64,000 nt of DNA from Eledone cirrhosa (taxonomy: Eukaryota), in contig OZ024743.1 in the NCBI GenBank assembly GCA_964016885.1, forward strand, positions 377,022,001-377,086,000, written 5' to 3'. Both the position numbers and the translations under genes were made by a program. The notes below the pieces were generated by a model. It saw nothing but the letters and a program-made list of their open reading frames with translations. It did no database searches and was not told the DNA's origin. Shown here piece by piece: positions 1 through 15,000 of this stretch; positions within the stretch are counted from its first letter, which is position 1; each line of letters opens with the position of its first letter.

Positions 1-3000
1 AGTAAACTTCCTGGTCGCGACTGGGGATTTAAAATAACCCTACAAACGTCCCTGACACGAGTAAACTTCCTGGTCGCGACTGGGGATTTAAAATAACCCT
101 ACAAACGTCCCTGACCCGAGTAAACTTCCTGGCGGCGACTGGGGATTTACAATAACCCTACAATGGTCCCTGACCCGAGTAAAGTTCCTGGCTGTGACTG
201 GGGTTTTAAAATAACCCTACAAACGTCCTCGACCCGAGTAAACTTCCTGGCCGCGACTGGGGATTTAAAATAACCCTCCAAACGTCCCTGAAATGAGAAA
301 ACTTCCTGGCCGCGACTGGGGATTTAAAATAACCCTACAAACGTCCCTGATCCGAGTAAAATTCCTGGCCGCGACTGGGCATTGTAAATAACCCTACAAA
401 CGTCCCAGATCCGTGTAAACTTCCTGGCCGCGATTGGGGATTTAAAATAACCCTACAAACGTCCCTGACCCCAGTAAACTTCCTGGCCGCGACTGGGGAT
501 TTAAAATAACCCTACAAACGTTCCTGACCCGAGTAACCCTCCTGGCCGCGACTGGGGATTTAAAATAACCTTACAAACGTCCCTGATCCCAGTAAACTTC
601 CTGGCCGCGACTGGGGATTTAAAATAACCCTACAAACGTCCCTGACCCGAGTAAACTTCCTGGTCGCGACTGGGGATTTAAAATAACCCTACAAACGTCC
701 CTGACCCGAGTAAACTTCCTGGCTGCGACTGGGGATTTAAAATAACCTTACAAACGTCCCTGACCCGAGTAAACTTCCTGGCCGCGACTGGGGATTTAAA
801 ATAACCCTCCAAACGTCCCTGAAATGAGCAAACTTCCTGGCCGCGACTGGGGATTTAAAATAACCCTACAAACGTCCCTGACCCGAGTAAACTTCCTGGC
901 CGCGACTGGGGATTTAAAATAACCCTACAAACGTCCCTGACCCCAGTAAACTTCCTGGCCGCGACTGGGGATTTAAAATAACCCTACAAACGTCGCTGAC
1001 TCCAGTAAACTCCCTGGCCGCGACTGGGGATTTAAAATAACCCTACAAACGTCGCTGACCCCAGTAAACTCCCTGGCCGCGACTGGGGATTTAAAATAAC
1101 CCTACAAACGTCCCTGACCCCAGTAAACTTCCTGGCCGCGACTGGGGATTTAAAATAACCCGACAAACGTCCCTGACCCGAGTAAACTTCCTGGCCGCAC
1201 CTGGAGATTTAAAATAACCCTACAAACGTCCCTGACCCGAGTAAACTTCCTGGCCGCGACTAGGGATTTAAAATAACCCTACAAACGTCCCTGACCCGAG
1301 TAAACTTCCTGGCCGCGACTGGGATTTAAAATAACCCTACAAACGTCCCTGACCCGAGTAAACTTCCTGGCTGCGACTGGGGATTTAAAATAACCCTACA
1401 AACGTCCCTGACCCGAGTAAACTTCCTGGCCGCGACTGGGATTTAAAATAACCCTACAAACGTCCCTGACCCGAGTAAACTTCCTGGCCGCGACTGGGGA
1501 TTTAAAATAACAGTACAAACGTCCCTGACCCGAGTAACCTTCCTGGCCGCGACTGGGAATTTAAAATAACCCTACAAACGTCCCTGACACGAGTAAACTT
1601 CCTGGTCGCGACTGGGGATTTAAAATAACCCTACAAACGTCCCTGACCCGAGTAAACTTCCTGGCGGCGACTGGGGATTTACAATAACCCTACAATGGTC
1701 CCTGACCCGAGTAAACTTCCTGGCTGTGACTGGGGTTTTAAAATAACCCTACAAACGTCCCTGACCCGAGTAAACTTCCTGGCCGCGACTGGGGATTTAA
1801 AATAACCCTCCAAACGTCCCTGAAATGAGAAAACTTCCTGGCCGCGACTGGGGATTTAAAATAACCCTACAAACGTCCCTGATCCGAGTAAAATTCCTGG
1901 CCGCGACTGGGGATTTTAAATAACCCTACAAACGTCCCAGATCCGTGTAAACTTCCTGGCCGCGATTGGGGATTTTAAATAACCCTACAAACGTCCCTGA
2001 CCCGAGTAAACTTGCTGGCCGCGACTGGGGATTTAAAATAACCCTACAAACGTTCCTGACCCGAGTAACCCTCCTGGCCGCGACTGGGGATTTAAAATAA
2101 CCTTACAAACGTCCCTGATCCCAGTAAACTTCCTGGCCGCGACTGGGGATTTAAAATAACCCTACAAACGTCCTTGACCCGAGTAAACTTCCTGGTCGCG
2201 ACTGGGGATTTAAAATAACCTTACAAACGTCCCTGACTCGAGTAAACTTCCTGGCCGCGACAGGGGATTTAAAATAACACTACAAACGTCCCTGACCCGA
2301 GTAAACTTCCTGGCTGCGACTGGGGATTTAAAATAACCTTACAAACGTCCCTGACCCAAGTAAACTTCCTGGCCGCGACTGGGGATTTAAAATAACCCTC
2401 CAAACGTCCCTGAAATGAGAAAACTTCCTGGCCGCGACTGGGGATTTAAAATAACCCTCCAAACGTCCCTGAAATGAGAAAACTTCCTGGCCGCGACTGG
2501 GGATTTAAAATAACCCTACAAACGTCCCTGATCCGAGTAAAATTCCTGGCCGCGACTGGGCATTGTAAATAACCCTACAAACGTCCCAGATCCGTGTAAA
2601 CTTCCTGGCCGCGATTGGGGATTTAAAATAACCCTACAAACGTCCCTGACCCGAGTAAACTTCCTGGCTGCGACTGGGGATTTAAAATAACCCTACAAAC
2701 GTTCCTGACCCGAGTAACCCTCCTGGCCGCGACTGGGGATTTAAAATAACCTTACAAACGTCCCTGATCCCAGTAAACTTCCTGGCCGCGACTGGGGATT
2801 TAAAATAACCCTACAAACGTCCCTGACCCGAGTAAACTTCCTGGTCGCGACTGGGGATTTAAAATAACCCTACAAACGTCCCTGACCCGAGTAAACTTCC
2901 TGGCTGCGACTGGGGATTTAAAATAACCTTACAAACGTCCCTGACCCGAGTAAACTTCCTGGCCGCGACTGGGGATTTAAAATAACCCTCCAAACGTCCC

Positions 3001-6000
3001 TGAAATGAGCAAACTTCCTGGCCGCGACTGGGGATTTAAAATAACCCTACAAACGTCCCTGACCCGAGTAAACTTCCTGGCCGCGACTGGGGATTTAAAA
3101 TAACCCTACAAACGTCCCTGACCCCAGTAAACTTCCTGGCCGCGACTGGGGATTTAAAATAACCCTACAAACGTCGCTGACTCCAGTAAACTCCCTGGCC
3201 GCGACTGGGGATTTAAAATAACCCTACAAACGTCGCTGACCCCAGTAAACTCCCTGGCCGCGACTGGGGATTTAAAATAACCCTACAAACGTCCCTGACC
3301 CCAGTAAACTTCCTGGCCGCGACTGGGGATTTAAAATAACCCGACAAACGTCCCTGACCCGAGTAAACTTCCTGGCCGCACCTGGAGATTTAAAATAACC
3401 CTACAAACGTCCCTGACCCGAGTAAACTTCCTGGCCGCGACTAGGGATTTAAAATAACCCTACAAACGTCCCTGACCCGAGTAAACTTCCTGGCCGCGAC
3501 TGGGATTTAAAATAACCCTACAAACGTCCCTGACCCGAGTAAACTTCCTGGCCGCGACTGGGGATTTAAAATAACCCTACAAACGTCCCTGACCCGAGTA
3601 AACTTCCTGGCCGCGACTGGGATTTAAAATAACCCTACAAACGTCCCTGACCCGAGTAAACTTCCTGGCCGCGACTGGGGATTTAAAATAACAGTACAAA
3701 CGTCCCTGACCCGAGTAACCTTCCTGGCCGCGACTGGGAATTTAAAATAACCCTACAAACGTCCCTGACACGAGTAAACTTCCTGGTCGCGACTGGGGAT
3801 TTAAAATAACCCTACAAACGTCCCTGACCCGAGTAAACTTCCTGGCGGCGACTGGGGATTTACAATAACCCTACAATGGTCCCTGACCCGAGTAAACTTC
3901 CTGGCTGTGACTGGGGTTTTAAAATAACCCTACAAACGTCCCTGACCCGAGTAAACTTCCTGGCCGCGACTGGGGATTTAAAATAACCCTCCAAACGTCC
4001 CTGAAATGAGAAAACTTCCTGGCCGCGACTGGGGATTTAAAATAACCCTACAAACGTCCCTGATCCGAGTAAAATTCCTGGCCGCGACTGGGGATTTTAA
4101 ATAACCCTACAAACGTCCCAGATCCGTGTAAACTTCCTGGCCGCGATTGGGGATTTAAAATAACCCTACAAACGTCCCTGACCCGAGTAAACTTGCTGGC
4201 CGCGACTGGGGATTTAAAATAACCCTACAAACGTTCCTGACCCGAGTAACCCTCCTGGCCGCGACTGGGGATTTAAAATAACCTTACAAACGTCCCTGAT
4301 CCCAGTAAACTTCCTGGCCGCGACTGGGGATTTAAAATAACCCTACAAACGTCCTTGACCCGAGTAAACTTCCTGGTCGCGACTGGGGATTTAAAATAAC
4401 CTTACAAACGTCCCTGACTCGAGTAAACTTCCTGGCCGCGACAGGGGATTTAAAATAACCCTACAAACGTCCCTGACCCGAGTAAACTTCCTGGCTGCGA
4501 CTGGGGATTTAAAATAACCTTACAAACGTCCCTGACCCAAGTAAACTTCCTGGCCGCGACTGGGGATTTAAAATAACCCTCCAAACGTCCCTGAAATGAG
4601 AAAACTTCCTGGCCGCGACTGGGGATTTAAAATAACCCTACAAACGTCCCTGACCCGAGTAAACTTCCTGGCCGCGACTGGGGATTTAAAATAACCCTAC
4701 AAACGTCCCTGACCCGAGTAAACTTCCTGCCCGCGACTGGGGATTTAAAATAACCCTACAAACGTCGCTGACCCCAGTAAACTCCCTGGCCGCGACTGGG
4801 GATTTAAAATAACCTTACAAACGTCCCTGACCCGAGTAAACTTCCTGGCCGCGGCTGGGGATTTAAAATAACCCTCCAAACGTCCCTGAAATGAGAAAAC
4901 TTCCTGGCCGCGACTGGGGATTTAAAATAACCCTACAAACGTCCCTGATCCGAGTAACCTTCCTGGCCGCGACAGGGGATTTAAAATAACCCTACAAACG
5001 TCGCTGACCCCAGTAAACTTCCTGGCCGCGACTGCGGATTTGAAATAAGCCTACAAACGTCCCTAACCCGAGTAAACTTCTTGGCCGCGACTGGGGATTT
5101 AAAATAACCCAACAAACGTCCCTGACCCGAGTAAACTTCCTGGCCGCACCTGGAGATTTAAAATAACCCTACAAACGTCCCTGACCCGAGTAAACTTCCT
5201 GGCCGCGACTGGGGATTTAAAATAACCCTACAAACGTCCCTGACCCGAGTAAACATCCTGGCCGCGACTGGGATTTAAAATAACCCTACAAACGTCCCTG
5301 ACCCGAGTAAACTTCCTGGCCGCTACTGGGGATTTAAAATAACAGTACAAACGTCCCTGACCCGAGTAAACTTCTTGGCCGCGACTGGGAATTTAAAATA
5401 ACCCTACAAACGTCCCTGACACGAGTAAACTTCCTGGTCGCGACTGGGGATTTAAAATAACCCTACAAACGTCCCTGACCCGAGTAAACTTCCTGGCGGC
5501 GACTGGGGATTTACAATAACCCTACAATGGTCCCTGACCTGAGTAAACTTCCTGGCCGTGACTGGGGTTTTAAAATAACCCTACAAACGTCCCTGACCCG
5601 AGTAAACTTCCTGGCCGCGACTGGGGATTTAAAATAACCCTCCAAACGTCCCTGAAATGAGAAAACTTCCTGGCCGCGACTGGGGATTTAAAATAACCCT
5701 ACAAACGTCCCTGACCCGAGTAAACTTCCTGGCCGCGACTGGGGATTTACAATAACCCTACAAACGTCCCTGACTCGAGTAAACTTCCTGGCCGCGACTG
5801 GGGATTTAAAATAACCCTACAAACGTCCCTGACCCGAGTAAACTTCCTGGCTGCGACTGGGGATTTAAAATAACCTTACAAACATCCCTGACCCGAGTAA
5901 ACTTCCTGGCCGCGACTGGGGATTTAAAATAACCCTCCAAACATCCGCGAAATGAGAAAACTTCCTGGCCGCGACTGGGGATTTAAAATAACCCTACAAA

Positions 6001-9000
6001 CGTCCCTGACCCGAGTAAACTTCCTGGCCGCGACTGGGGATTTAAAATAACCCTACAAACGTCTCTGACCAGAGTAAACTTCCTGGCCGCGACTGGGGAT
6101 TGTAAATAACCCTACAAACGTCCCAGATCCGTGTAAACTTCCTGGCCGCGATTGGGGATTTACAATAACCCTACAATGGTCCCTGATCCGAGTAAACTTC
6201 CTGGCCGCGACTGGGGATTTAAAATAACCCTACAAACGTCCCTGACCCGAGTAAACTTCCTGGTCGCGACTGGGGATTTAAAATAACCCTACAAACGTCC
6301 CTGACACGAGTAAACTTCCTGGTCGCGACTGGGGATTTAAAATAACCCTACAAACGTCCCTGACCCGAGTAAACTTCCTGGCGGCGACTGGGGATTTACA
6401 ATAACCCTACAATGGTTCCTGACCCGAGTAAAGTTCCTGGCTGTGACTGGGGTTTTAAAATAACCCTACAAACGTCCCTGACCCGAGTAAACTTCCTGGC
6501 CGCGACTGGGGATTTAAAATAACCCTCCAAACGTCCCTGAAATGAGAAAACTTCCTGGCCGCGACTGGGGATTTAAAATAACCCTACAAACGTCCCTGAT
6601 CCGAGTAAAATTCCTGGCCGCGACTGGGGATTGTAAATAACCCTACAAACGTCCCAGATCCGTGTAAACTTCCTGGCCGCGATTGGGGATTTAAAATAAC
6701 CCTACAAACGTCCCTGACCCGAGTAAACTTCCTGGCCGCGACTGGGGATTTAAAATAACCCTACAAACGTTCCTGACCCGAGTAACCCTCCTGGCCGCGA
6801 CTGGGGATTTAAAATAACCTTACAAACGTCCCTGATCCCAGTAAACTTCCTGGCCGCGACTGGGGATTTAAAATAACCCTACAAACGTCCCTGACCCGAG
6901 TAAACTTCCTGGCCGCGACTGGGGATTTAAAATAACCCTACAAACGTCCCTGACCCCAGTAAACTTCCTGGCCGCGACTGGGGATTTAAAATAACCCTAC
7001 AAACGTCGCTGACTCCAGTAAACTCCCTGGCCGCGACTGGGGATTTAAAATAACCCTACAAACGTCGCTGACCCCAGTAAACTCCCTGGCCGCGACTGGG
7101 GATTTAAAATAACCCTACAAACGTCCCTGACCCCAGTAAACTTCCTGGCCGCGACTGGGGATTTAAAATAACCCGACAAACGTCCCTGACCCGAATAAAC
7201 TTCCTGGCCGCGACTAGGGATTTAAAATAACCCTACAAACGTCCCTGACCCGAGTAAACTTCCTGGCCGCGACTGGGATTTAAAATAACCCTACAAACCT
7301 CCCTGACCCGAGTAAACTTCCTGGCCGCGACTGGGGATTTAAAATAACCCTACAAACGTCCCTGACCCGAGTAAACTTCCTGGCCGCGACTGGGATTTAA
7401 AATAACCCTACAAACGTCCCTGACCCGAGTAAACTTCCTGGCCGCGACTGGGATTTAAAATAACCCTACAAACGTCCCTGACCCGAGTAAACTTCCTGGC
7501 CGCGACTAGGGATTTAAAATAACCCTACAAACGTCCCTGACCCGAGTAAACATCCTGGCCGCGACTGGGATTTAAAATAACCCTACAAACGTCCCTGACC
7601 CGAGTAAACTTCCTGGCCGCGACTGGGGATTTAAAATAACCCTACAAACGTCCCTGACCCGAGTAAACTTCCTGGCCGCGACTGGGATTTAAAATAACCC
7701 TACAAACGTCCCTGACCCGAGTAAACTTCCTGGCCGCGACTGGGGATTTAAAATAACAGTACAAACGTCCCTGACCCGAGTAACCTTCCTGGCCGCGACT
7801 GGGAATTTAAAATAACCCTACAAACGTCCCTGACACGAGTAAACTTCCTGGTCGCGACTGGGGATTTAAAATAACCCTACAAACGTCCCTGACCCGAGTA
7901 AACTTCCTGGCGGCGACTGGGGATTTAGAATAACCCTACAATGGTCCCTGACCCGAGTAAACTTCCTGGCCGCGACTGGGGATTTAAAATAACCCTCCAA
8001 ACGTCCCTGAAATGAGAAAACTTCCTGGCCGCGACTGGGGATTTAAAATAACCCTACAAACGTCCCTGATCCGAGTAAAATTCCTGGCCGCGACTGGGGA
8101 TTTTAAATAACCCTACAAACGTCCCAGATCCGTGTAAACTTCCTGGCCGCGATTGGGGATTTAAAATAACCCTACAAACGTCCCTGACCCGAGTAAACTT
8201 CCTTTGCCGCGACTGGGGATTTAAAATAACCATACAAACGTTCCTGACCCGAGTAACCCTCCTGGCCGCGACTGGGGATTTAAAATAACCTTACAAACGT
8301 CCCTGATCCCAGTAAACTTCCTGGCCGCGACTGGGGATTTAAAATAACCCTACAAACGTCCCTGACCCGAGTAAACTTCCTGGTCGCGACTGGGGATTTA
8401 AAATAACCCTACAAACGTCCCTGACTCGAGTAAACTTCCTGGCCGCGACAGGGGATTTAAAATAACCCTACAAACGTCCCTGACCCGAGTAAACTTCCTG
8501 GCTGCGACTGGGGATTTAAAATAACCTTACAAACGTCCCTGACCCGAGTAAACTTCCTGGCCGCGACTGGGGATTTAAAATAACCCTCCAAACGTCCCTG
8601 AAATGAGAAAACTTCCTGGCCGCGACTGGGGATTTAAAATAACCCTACAAACGTCCCTGACCCGAGTAAACTTCCTGGCCGCGACTGGGGATTTAAAATA
8701 ACCCTACAAACGTCCCTGACCCGAGTAAACTTCCTGGCCGCGACTGGGGATTTAAAATAACCCTACAAACGTCGCTGACCCCAGTAAACTCCCTGGCCGC
8801 GACTGGGGATTTAAAATAACCCTACAAACGTCCCTGACCCGAGTAAACTTCCTGGCCGCGACTGGGGATTTAAAATAACCCTACAAACGTCGCTGACCCC
8901 AGTAAACTTCCTAGCCGCGACTGTGGATTTAAAATAACCCTACAAACGTCCCTAACCCGAGTAAACTTCCTGTCCGCGGCTGGGGATTTAAAATAACCTT

Positions 9001-12000
9001 ACAAACGTCCCTGATCCGAGTAAACTTCCTGGCCGCGACTGGGGATTTAAAATAACCCTACAAACGTCCCTGACTCGAGTAAACTTCCTGGCCGCGACTG
9101 GGCTTTTAAAATAACCCTACAACGGTCCCTGACGCGAGTAAACTTCCTGGCCGCGACTGGGGATTTAAAATAACCCTACAAACGTCCCTGACCCGAGTAA
9201 ACTTCCTGGCCGCGACTGGGGATTTAAAATAACCCTACAAACGTCCCTGACCCGAGTAAACTTCCTGGCCGCGACTGGGGATTTAAAATAACCCTACAAA
9301 CGTCCTTGACCCGAGTAAACTTCCTGGTCGCGACTGGGGATTTAAAATAACCTTACAAACGTCCCTGACTCGAGTAAACTTCCTGGCCGCGACAGGGGAT
9401 TTAAAATAACCCTACAAACGTCCCTGACCCGAGTAAACTTCCTGGCTGCGACTGGGGATTTAAAATAACCTTACAAACGTCCCTGACCCAAGTAAACTTC
9501 CTGGCCGCGACTGGGGATTTAAAATAACCCTCCAAACGTCCCTGAAATGAGAAAACTTCCTGGCCGCGACTGGGGATTTAAAATAACCCTACAAACGTCC
9601 CTGACCCGAGTAAACTTCCTGGCCGCGACTGGGGATTTAAAATAACCCTACAAACGTCTCTGACCAGAGTAAACTTCCTGGCCGCGACTGGGGATTGTAA
9701 ATAACCCTACAAACGTCCCAGATCCGTGTAAACTTCCTGGCCGCGATTGGGGATTTACAATAACCCTACAATGGTCCCTGATCCGAGTAAACTTCCTGGC
9801 CGCGACTGGGGATTTAAAATAACCCTACAAACGTCCCTGACCCGAGTAAACTTCCTGGTCGCGACTGGGGATTTAAAATAACCCTACAAACGTCCCTGAC
9901 ACGAGTAAACTTCCTGGTCGCGACTGGGGATTTAAAATAACCCTACAAACGTCCCTGACCCGAGTAAACTTCCTGGCGGCGACTGGGGATTTACAATAAC
10001 CCTACAATGGTTCCTGACCCGAGTAAAGTTCCTGGCTGTGACTGGGGTTTTAAAATAACCCTACAAACGTCCCTGACCCGAGTAAACTTCCTGGCCGCGA
10101 CTGGGGATTTAAAATAACCCTCCAAACGTCCCTGAAATGAGAAAACTTCCTGGCCGCGACTGGGGATTTAAAATAACCCTACAAACGTCCCTGATCCGAG
10201 TAAAATTCCTGGCCGCGACTGGGGATTGTAAATAACCCTACAAACGTCCCAGATCCGTGTAAACTTCCTGGCCGCGATTGGGGATTTAAAATAACCCTAC
10301 AAACGTCCCTGACCCGAGTAAACTTCCTGGCCGCGACTGGGGATTTAAAATAACCCTACAAACGTTCCTGACCCGAGTAACCCTCCTGGCCGCGACTGGG
10401 GATTTAAAATAACCTTACAAACGTCCCTGATCCCAGTAAACTTCCTGGCCGCGACTGGGGATTTAAAATAACCCTACAAACGTCCCTGACCCGAGTAAAC
10501 TTCCTGGCCGCGACTGGGGATTTAAAATAACCCTACAAACGTCCCTGACCCCAGTAAACTTCCTGGCCGCGACTGGGGATTTAAAATAACCCTACAAACG
10601 TCGCTGACTCCAGTAAACTCCCTGGCCGCGACTGGGGATTTAAAATAACCCTACAAACGTCGCTGACCCCAGTAAACTCCCTGGCCGCGACTGGGGATTT
10701 AAAATAACCCTACAAACGTCCCTGACCCCAGTAAACTTCCTGGCCGCGACTGGGGATTTAAAATAACCCGACAAACGTCCCTGACCCGAATAAACTTCCT
10801 GGCCGCGACTAGGGATTTAAAATAACCCTACAAACGTCCCTGACCCGAGTAAACTTCCTGGCCGCGACTGGGATTTAAAATAACCCTACAAACCTCCCTG
10901 ACCCGAGTAAACTTCCTGGCCGCGACTGGGGATTTAAAATAACCCTACAAACGTCCCTGACCCGAGTAAACTTCCTGGCCGCGACTGGGATTTAAAATAA
11001 CCCTACAAACGTCCCTGACCCGAGTAAACTTCCTGGCCGCGACTGGGATTTAAAATAACCCTACAAACGTCCCTGACCCGAGTAAACTTCCTGGCCGCGA
11101 CTAGGGATTTAAAATAACCCTACAAACGTCCCTGACCCGAGTAAACATCCTGGCCGCGACTGGGATTTAAAATAACCCTACAAACGTCCCTGACCCGAGT
11201 AAACTTCCTGGCCGCGACTGGGGATTTAAAATAACCCTACAAACGTCCCTGACCCGAGTAAACTTCCTGGCCGCGACTGGGATTTAAAATAACCCTACAA
11301 ACGTCCCTGACCCGAGTAAACTTCCTGGCCGCGACTGGGGATTTAAAATAACAGTACAAACGTCCCTGACCCGAGTAACCTTCCTGGCCGCGACTGGGAA
11401 TTTAAAATAACCCTACAAACGTCCCTGACACGAGTAAACTTCCTGGTCGCGACTGGGGATTTAAAATAACCCTACAAACGTCCCTGACCCGAGTAAACTT
11501 CCTGGCGGCGACTGGGGATTTAGAATAACCCTACAATGGTCCCTGACCCGAGTAAACTTCCTGGCCGCGACTGGGGATTTAAAATAACCCTCCAAACGTC
11601 CCTGAAATGAGAAAACTTCCTGGCCGCGACTGGGGATTTAAAATAACCCTACAAACGTCCCTGATCCGAGTAAAATTCCTGGCCGCGACTGGGGATTTTA
11701 AATAACCCTACAAACGTCCCAGATCCGTGTAAACTTCCTGGCCGCGATTGGGGATTTAAAATAACCCTACAAACGTCCCTGACCCGAGTAAACTTCCTTT
11801 GCCGCGACTGGGGATTTAAAATAACCATACAAACGTTCCTGACCCGAGTAACCCTCCTGGCCGCGACTGGGGATTTAAAATAACCTTACAAACGTCCCTG
11901 ATCCCAGTAAACTTCCTGGCCGCGACTGGGGATTTAAAATAACCCTACAAACGTCCCTGACCCGAGTAAACTTCCTGGTCGCGACTGGGGATTTAAAATA

Positions 12001-15000
12001 ACCCTACAAACGTCCCTGACTCGAGTAAACTTCCTGGCCGCGACAGGGGATTTAAAATAACCCTACAAACGTCCCTGACCCGAGTAAACTTCCTGGCTGC
12101 GACTGGGGATTTAAAATAACCTTACAAACGTCCCTGACCCGAGTAAACTTCCTGGCCGCGACTGGGGATTTAAAATAACCCTCCAAACGTCCCTGAAATG
12201 AGAAAACTTCCTGGCCGCGACTGGGGATTTAAAATAACCCTACAAACGTCCCTGACCCGAGTAAACTTCCTGGCCGCGACTGGGGATTTAAAATAACCCT
12301 ACAAACGTCCCTGACCCGAGTAAACTTCCTGGCCGCGACTGGGGATTTAAAATAACCCTACAAACGTCGCTGACCCCAGTAAACTCCCTGGCCGCGACTG
12401 GGGATTTAAAATAACCCTACAAACGTCCCTGACCCGAGTAAACTTCCTGGCCGCGACTGGGGATTTAAAATAACCCTACAAACGTCGCTGACCCCAGTAA
12501 ACTTCCTAGCCGCGACTGTGGATTTAAAATAACCCTACAAACGTCCCTAACCCGAGTAAACTTCCTGTCCGCGGCTGGGGATTTAAAATAACCTTACAAA
12601 CGTCCCTGATCCGAGTAAACTTCCTGGCCGCGACTGGGGATTTAAAATAACCCTACAAACGTCCCTGACTCGAGTAAACTTCCTGGCCGCGACTGGGCTT
12701 TTAAAATAACCCTACAACGGTCCCTGACGCGAGTAAACTTCCTGGCCGCGACTGGGGATTTAAAATAACCCTACAAACGTCCCTGACCCGAGTAAACTTC
12801 CTGGCCGCGACTGGGGATTTAAAATAACCCTACAAACGTCCCTGACCCGAGTAAACTTCCTGGCCGCGACTGGGGATTTAAAATAACCCTACAAACGTCC
12901 TTGACCCGAGTAAACTTCCTGGTCGCGACTGGGGATTTAAAATAACCTTACAAACGTCCCTGACTCGAGTAAACTTCCTGGCCGCGACAGGGGATTTAAA
13001 ATAACCCTACAAACGTCCCTGACCCGAGTAAACTTCCTGGCTGCGACTGGGGATTTAAAATAACCTTACAAACGTCCCTGACCCAAGTAAACTTCCTGGC
13101 CGCGACTGGGGATTTAAAATAACCCTCCAAACGTCCCTGAAATGAGAAAACTTCCTGGCCGCGACTGGGGATTTAAAATAACCCTACAAACGTCCCTGAC
13201 CCGAGTAAACTTCCTGGCCGCGACTGGGGATTTAAAATAACCCTACAAACGTCCCTGACCCGAGTAAACTTCCTGCCCGCGACTGGGGATTTAAAATAAC
13301 CCTACAAACGTCGCTGACCCCAGTAAACTCCCTGGCCGCGACTGGGGATTTAAAATAACCTTACAAACGTCCCTGACCCGAGTAAACTTCCTGGCCGCGG
13401 CTGGGGATTTAAAATAACCCTCCAAACGTCCCTGAAATGAGAAAACTTCCTGGCCGCGACTGGGGATTTAAAATAACCCTACAAACGTCCCTGATCCGAG
13501 TAACCTTCCTGGCCGCGACAGGGGATTTAAAATAACCCTACAAACGTCGCTGACCCCAGTAAACTTCCTGGCCGCGACTGCGGATTTGAAATAAGCCTAC
13601 AAACGTCCCTAACCCGAGTAAACTTCTTGGCCGCGACTGGGGATTTAAAATAACCCAACAAACGTCCCTGACCCGAGTAAACTTCCTGGCCGCACCTGGA
13701 GATTTAAAATAACCCTACAAACGTCCCTGACCCGAGTAAACTTCCTGGCCGCGACTGGGATTTAAAATAACCCTACAAACGTCCCTGACCCGAGTAAACT
13801 TCCTGGCGGCGACTGGGGATTTACAATAACCCTACAATGGTCCCTGACCTGAGTAAACTTCCTGGCCGTGACTGGGGTTTTAAAATAACCCTACAAACGT
13901 CCCTGACCCGAGTAAACTTCCTGGCCGCGACTGGGGATTTAAAATAACCCTCCAAACGTCCCTGAAATGAGAAAACTTCCTGGCCGCGACTGGGGATTTA
14001 AAATAACCCTACAAACGTCCCTGACCCGAGTAAACTTCCTGGCCGCGACTGGGGATTTACAATAACCCTACAAACGTCCCTGACTCGAGTAAACTTCCTG
14101 GCCGCGACTGGGGATTTAAAATAACCCTACAAACGTCCCTGACCCGAGTAAACTTCCTGGCTGCGACTGGGGATTTAAAATAACCTTACAAACATCCCTG
14201 ACCCGAGTAAACTTCCTGGCCGCGACTGGGGATTTAAAATAACCCTCCAAACATCCGCGAAATGAGAAAACTTCCTGGCCGCGACTGGGGATTTAAAATA
14301 ACCCTACAAACGTCCCTGACCCGAGTAAACTTCCTGGCCGCGACTGGGGATTTAAAATAACCCTACAAACGTCTCTGACCAGAGTAAACTTCCTGGCCGC
14401 GACTGGGGATTGTAAATAACCCTACAAACGTCCCAGATCCGTGTAAACTTCCTGGCCGCGATTGGGGATTTACAATAACCCTACAATGGTCCCTGATCCG
14501 AGTAAACTTCCTGGCCGCGACTGGGGATTTAAAATAACCCTACAAACGTCCCTGACCCGAGTAAACTTCCTGGTCGCGACTGGGGATTTAAAATAACCCT
14601 ACAAACGTCCCTGACACGAGTAAACTTCCTGGTCGCGACTGGGGATTTAAAATAACCCTACAAACGTCCCTGACCCGAGTAAACTTCCTGGCGGCGACTG
14701 GGGATTTACAATAACCCTACAATGGTTCCTGACCCGAGTAAAGTTCCTGGCTGTGACTGGGGTTTTAAAATAACCCTACAAACGTCCCTGACCCGAGTAA
14801 ACTTCCTGGCCGCGACTGGGGATTTAAAATAACCCTCCAAACGTCCCTGAAATGAGAAAACTTCCTGGCCGCGACTGGGGATTTAAAATAACCCTACAAA
14901 CGTCCCTGATCCGAGTAAAATTCCTGGCCGCGACTGGGGATTGTAAATAACCCTACAAACGTCCCAGATCCGTGTAAACTTCCTGGCCGCGATTGGGGAT

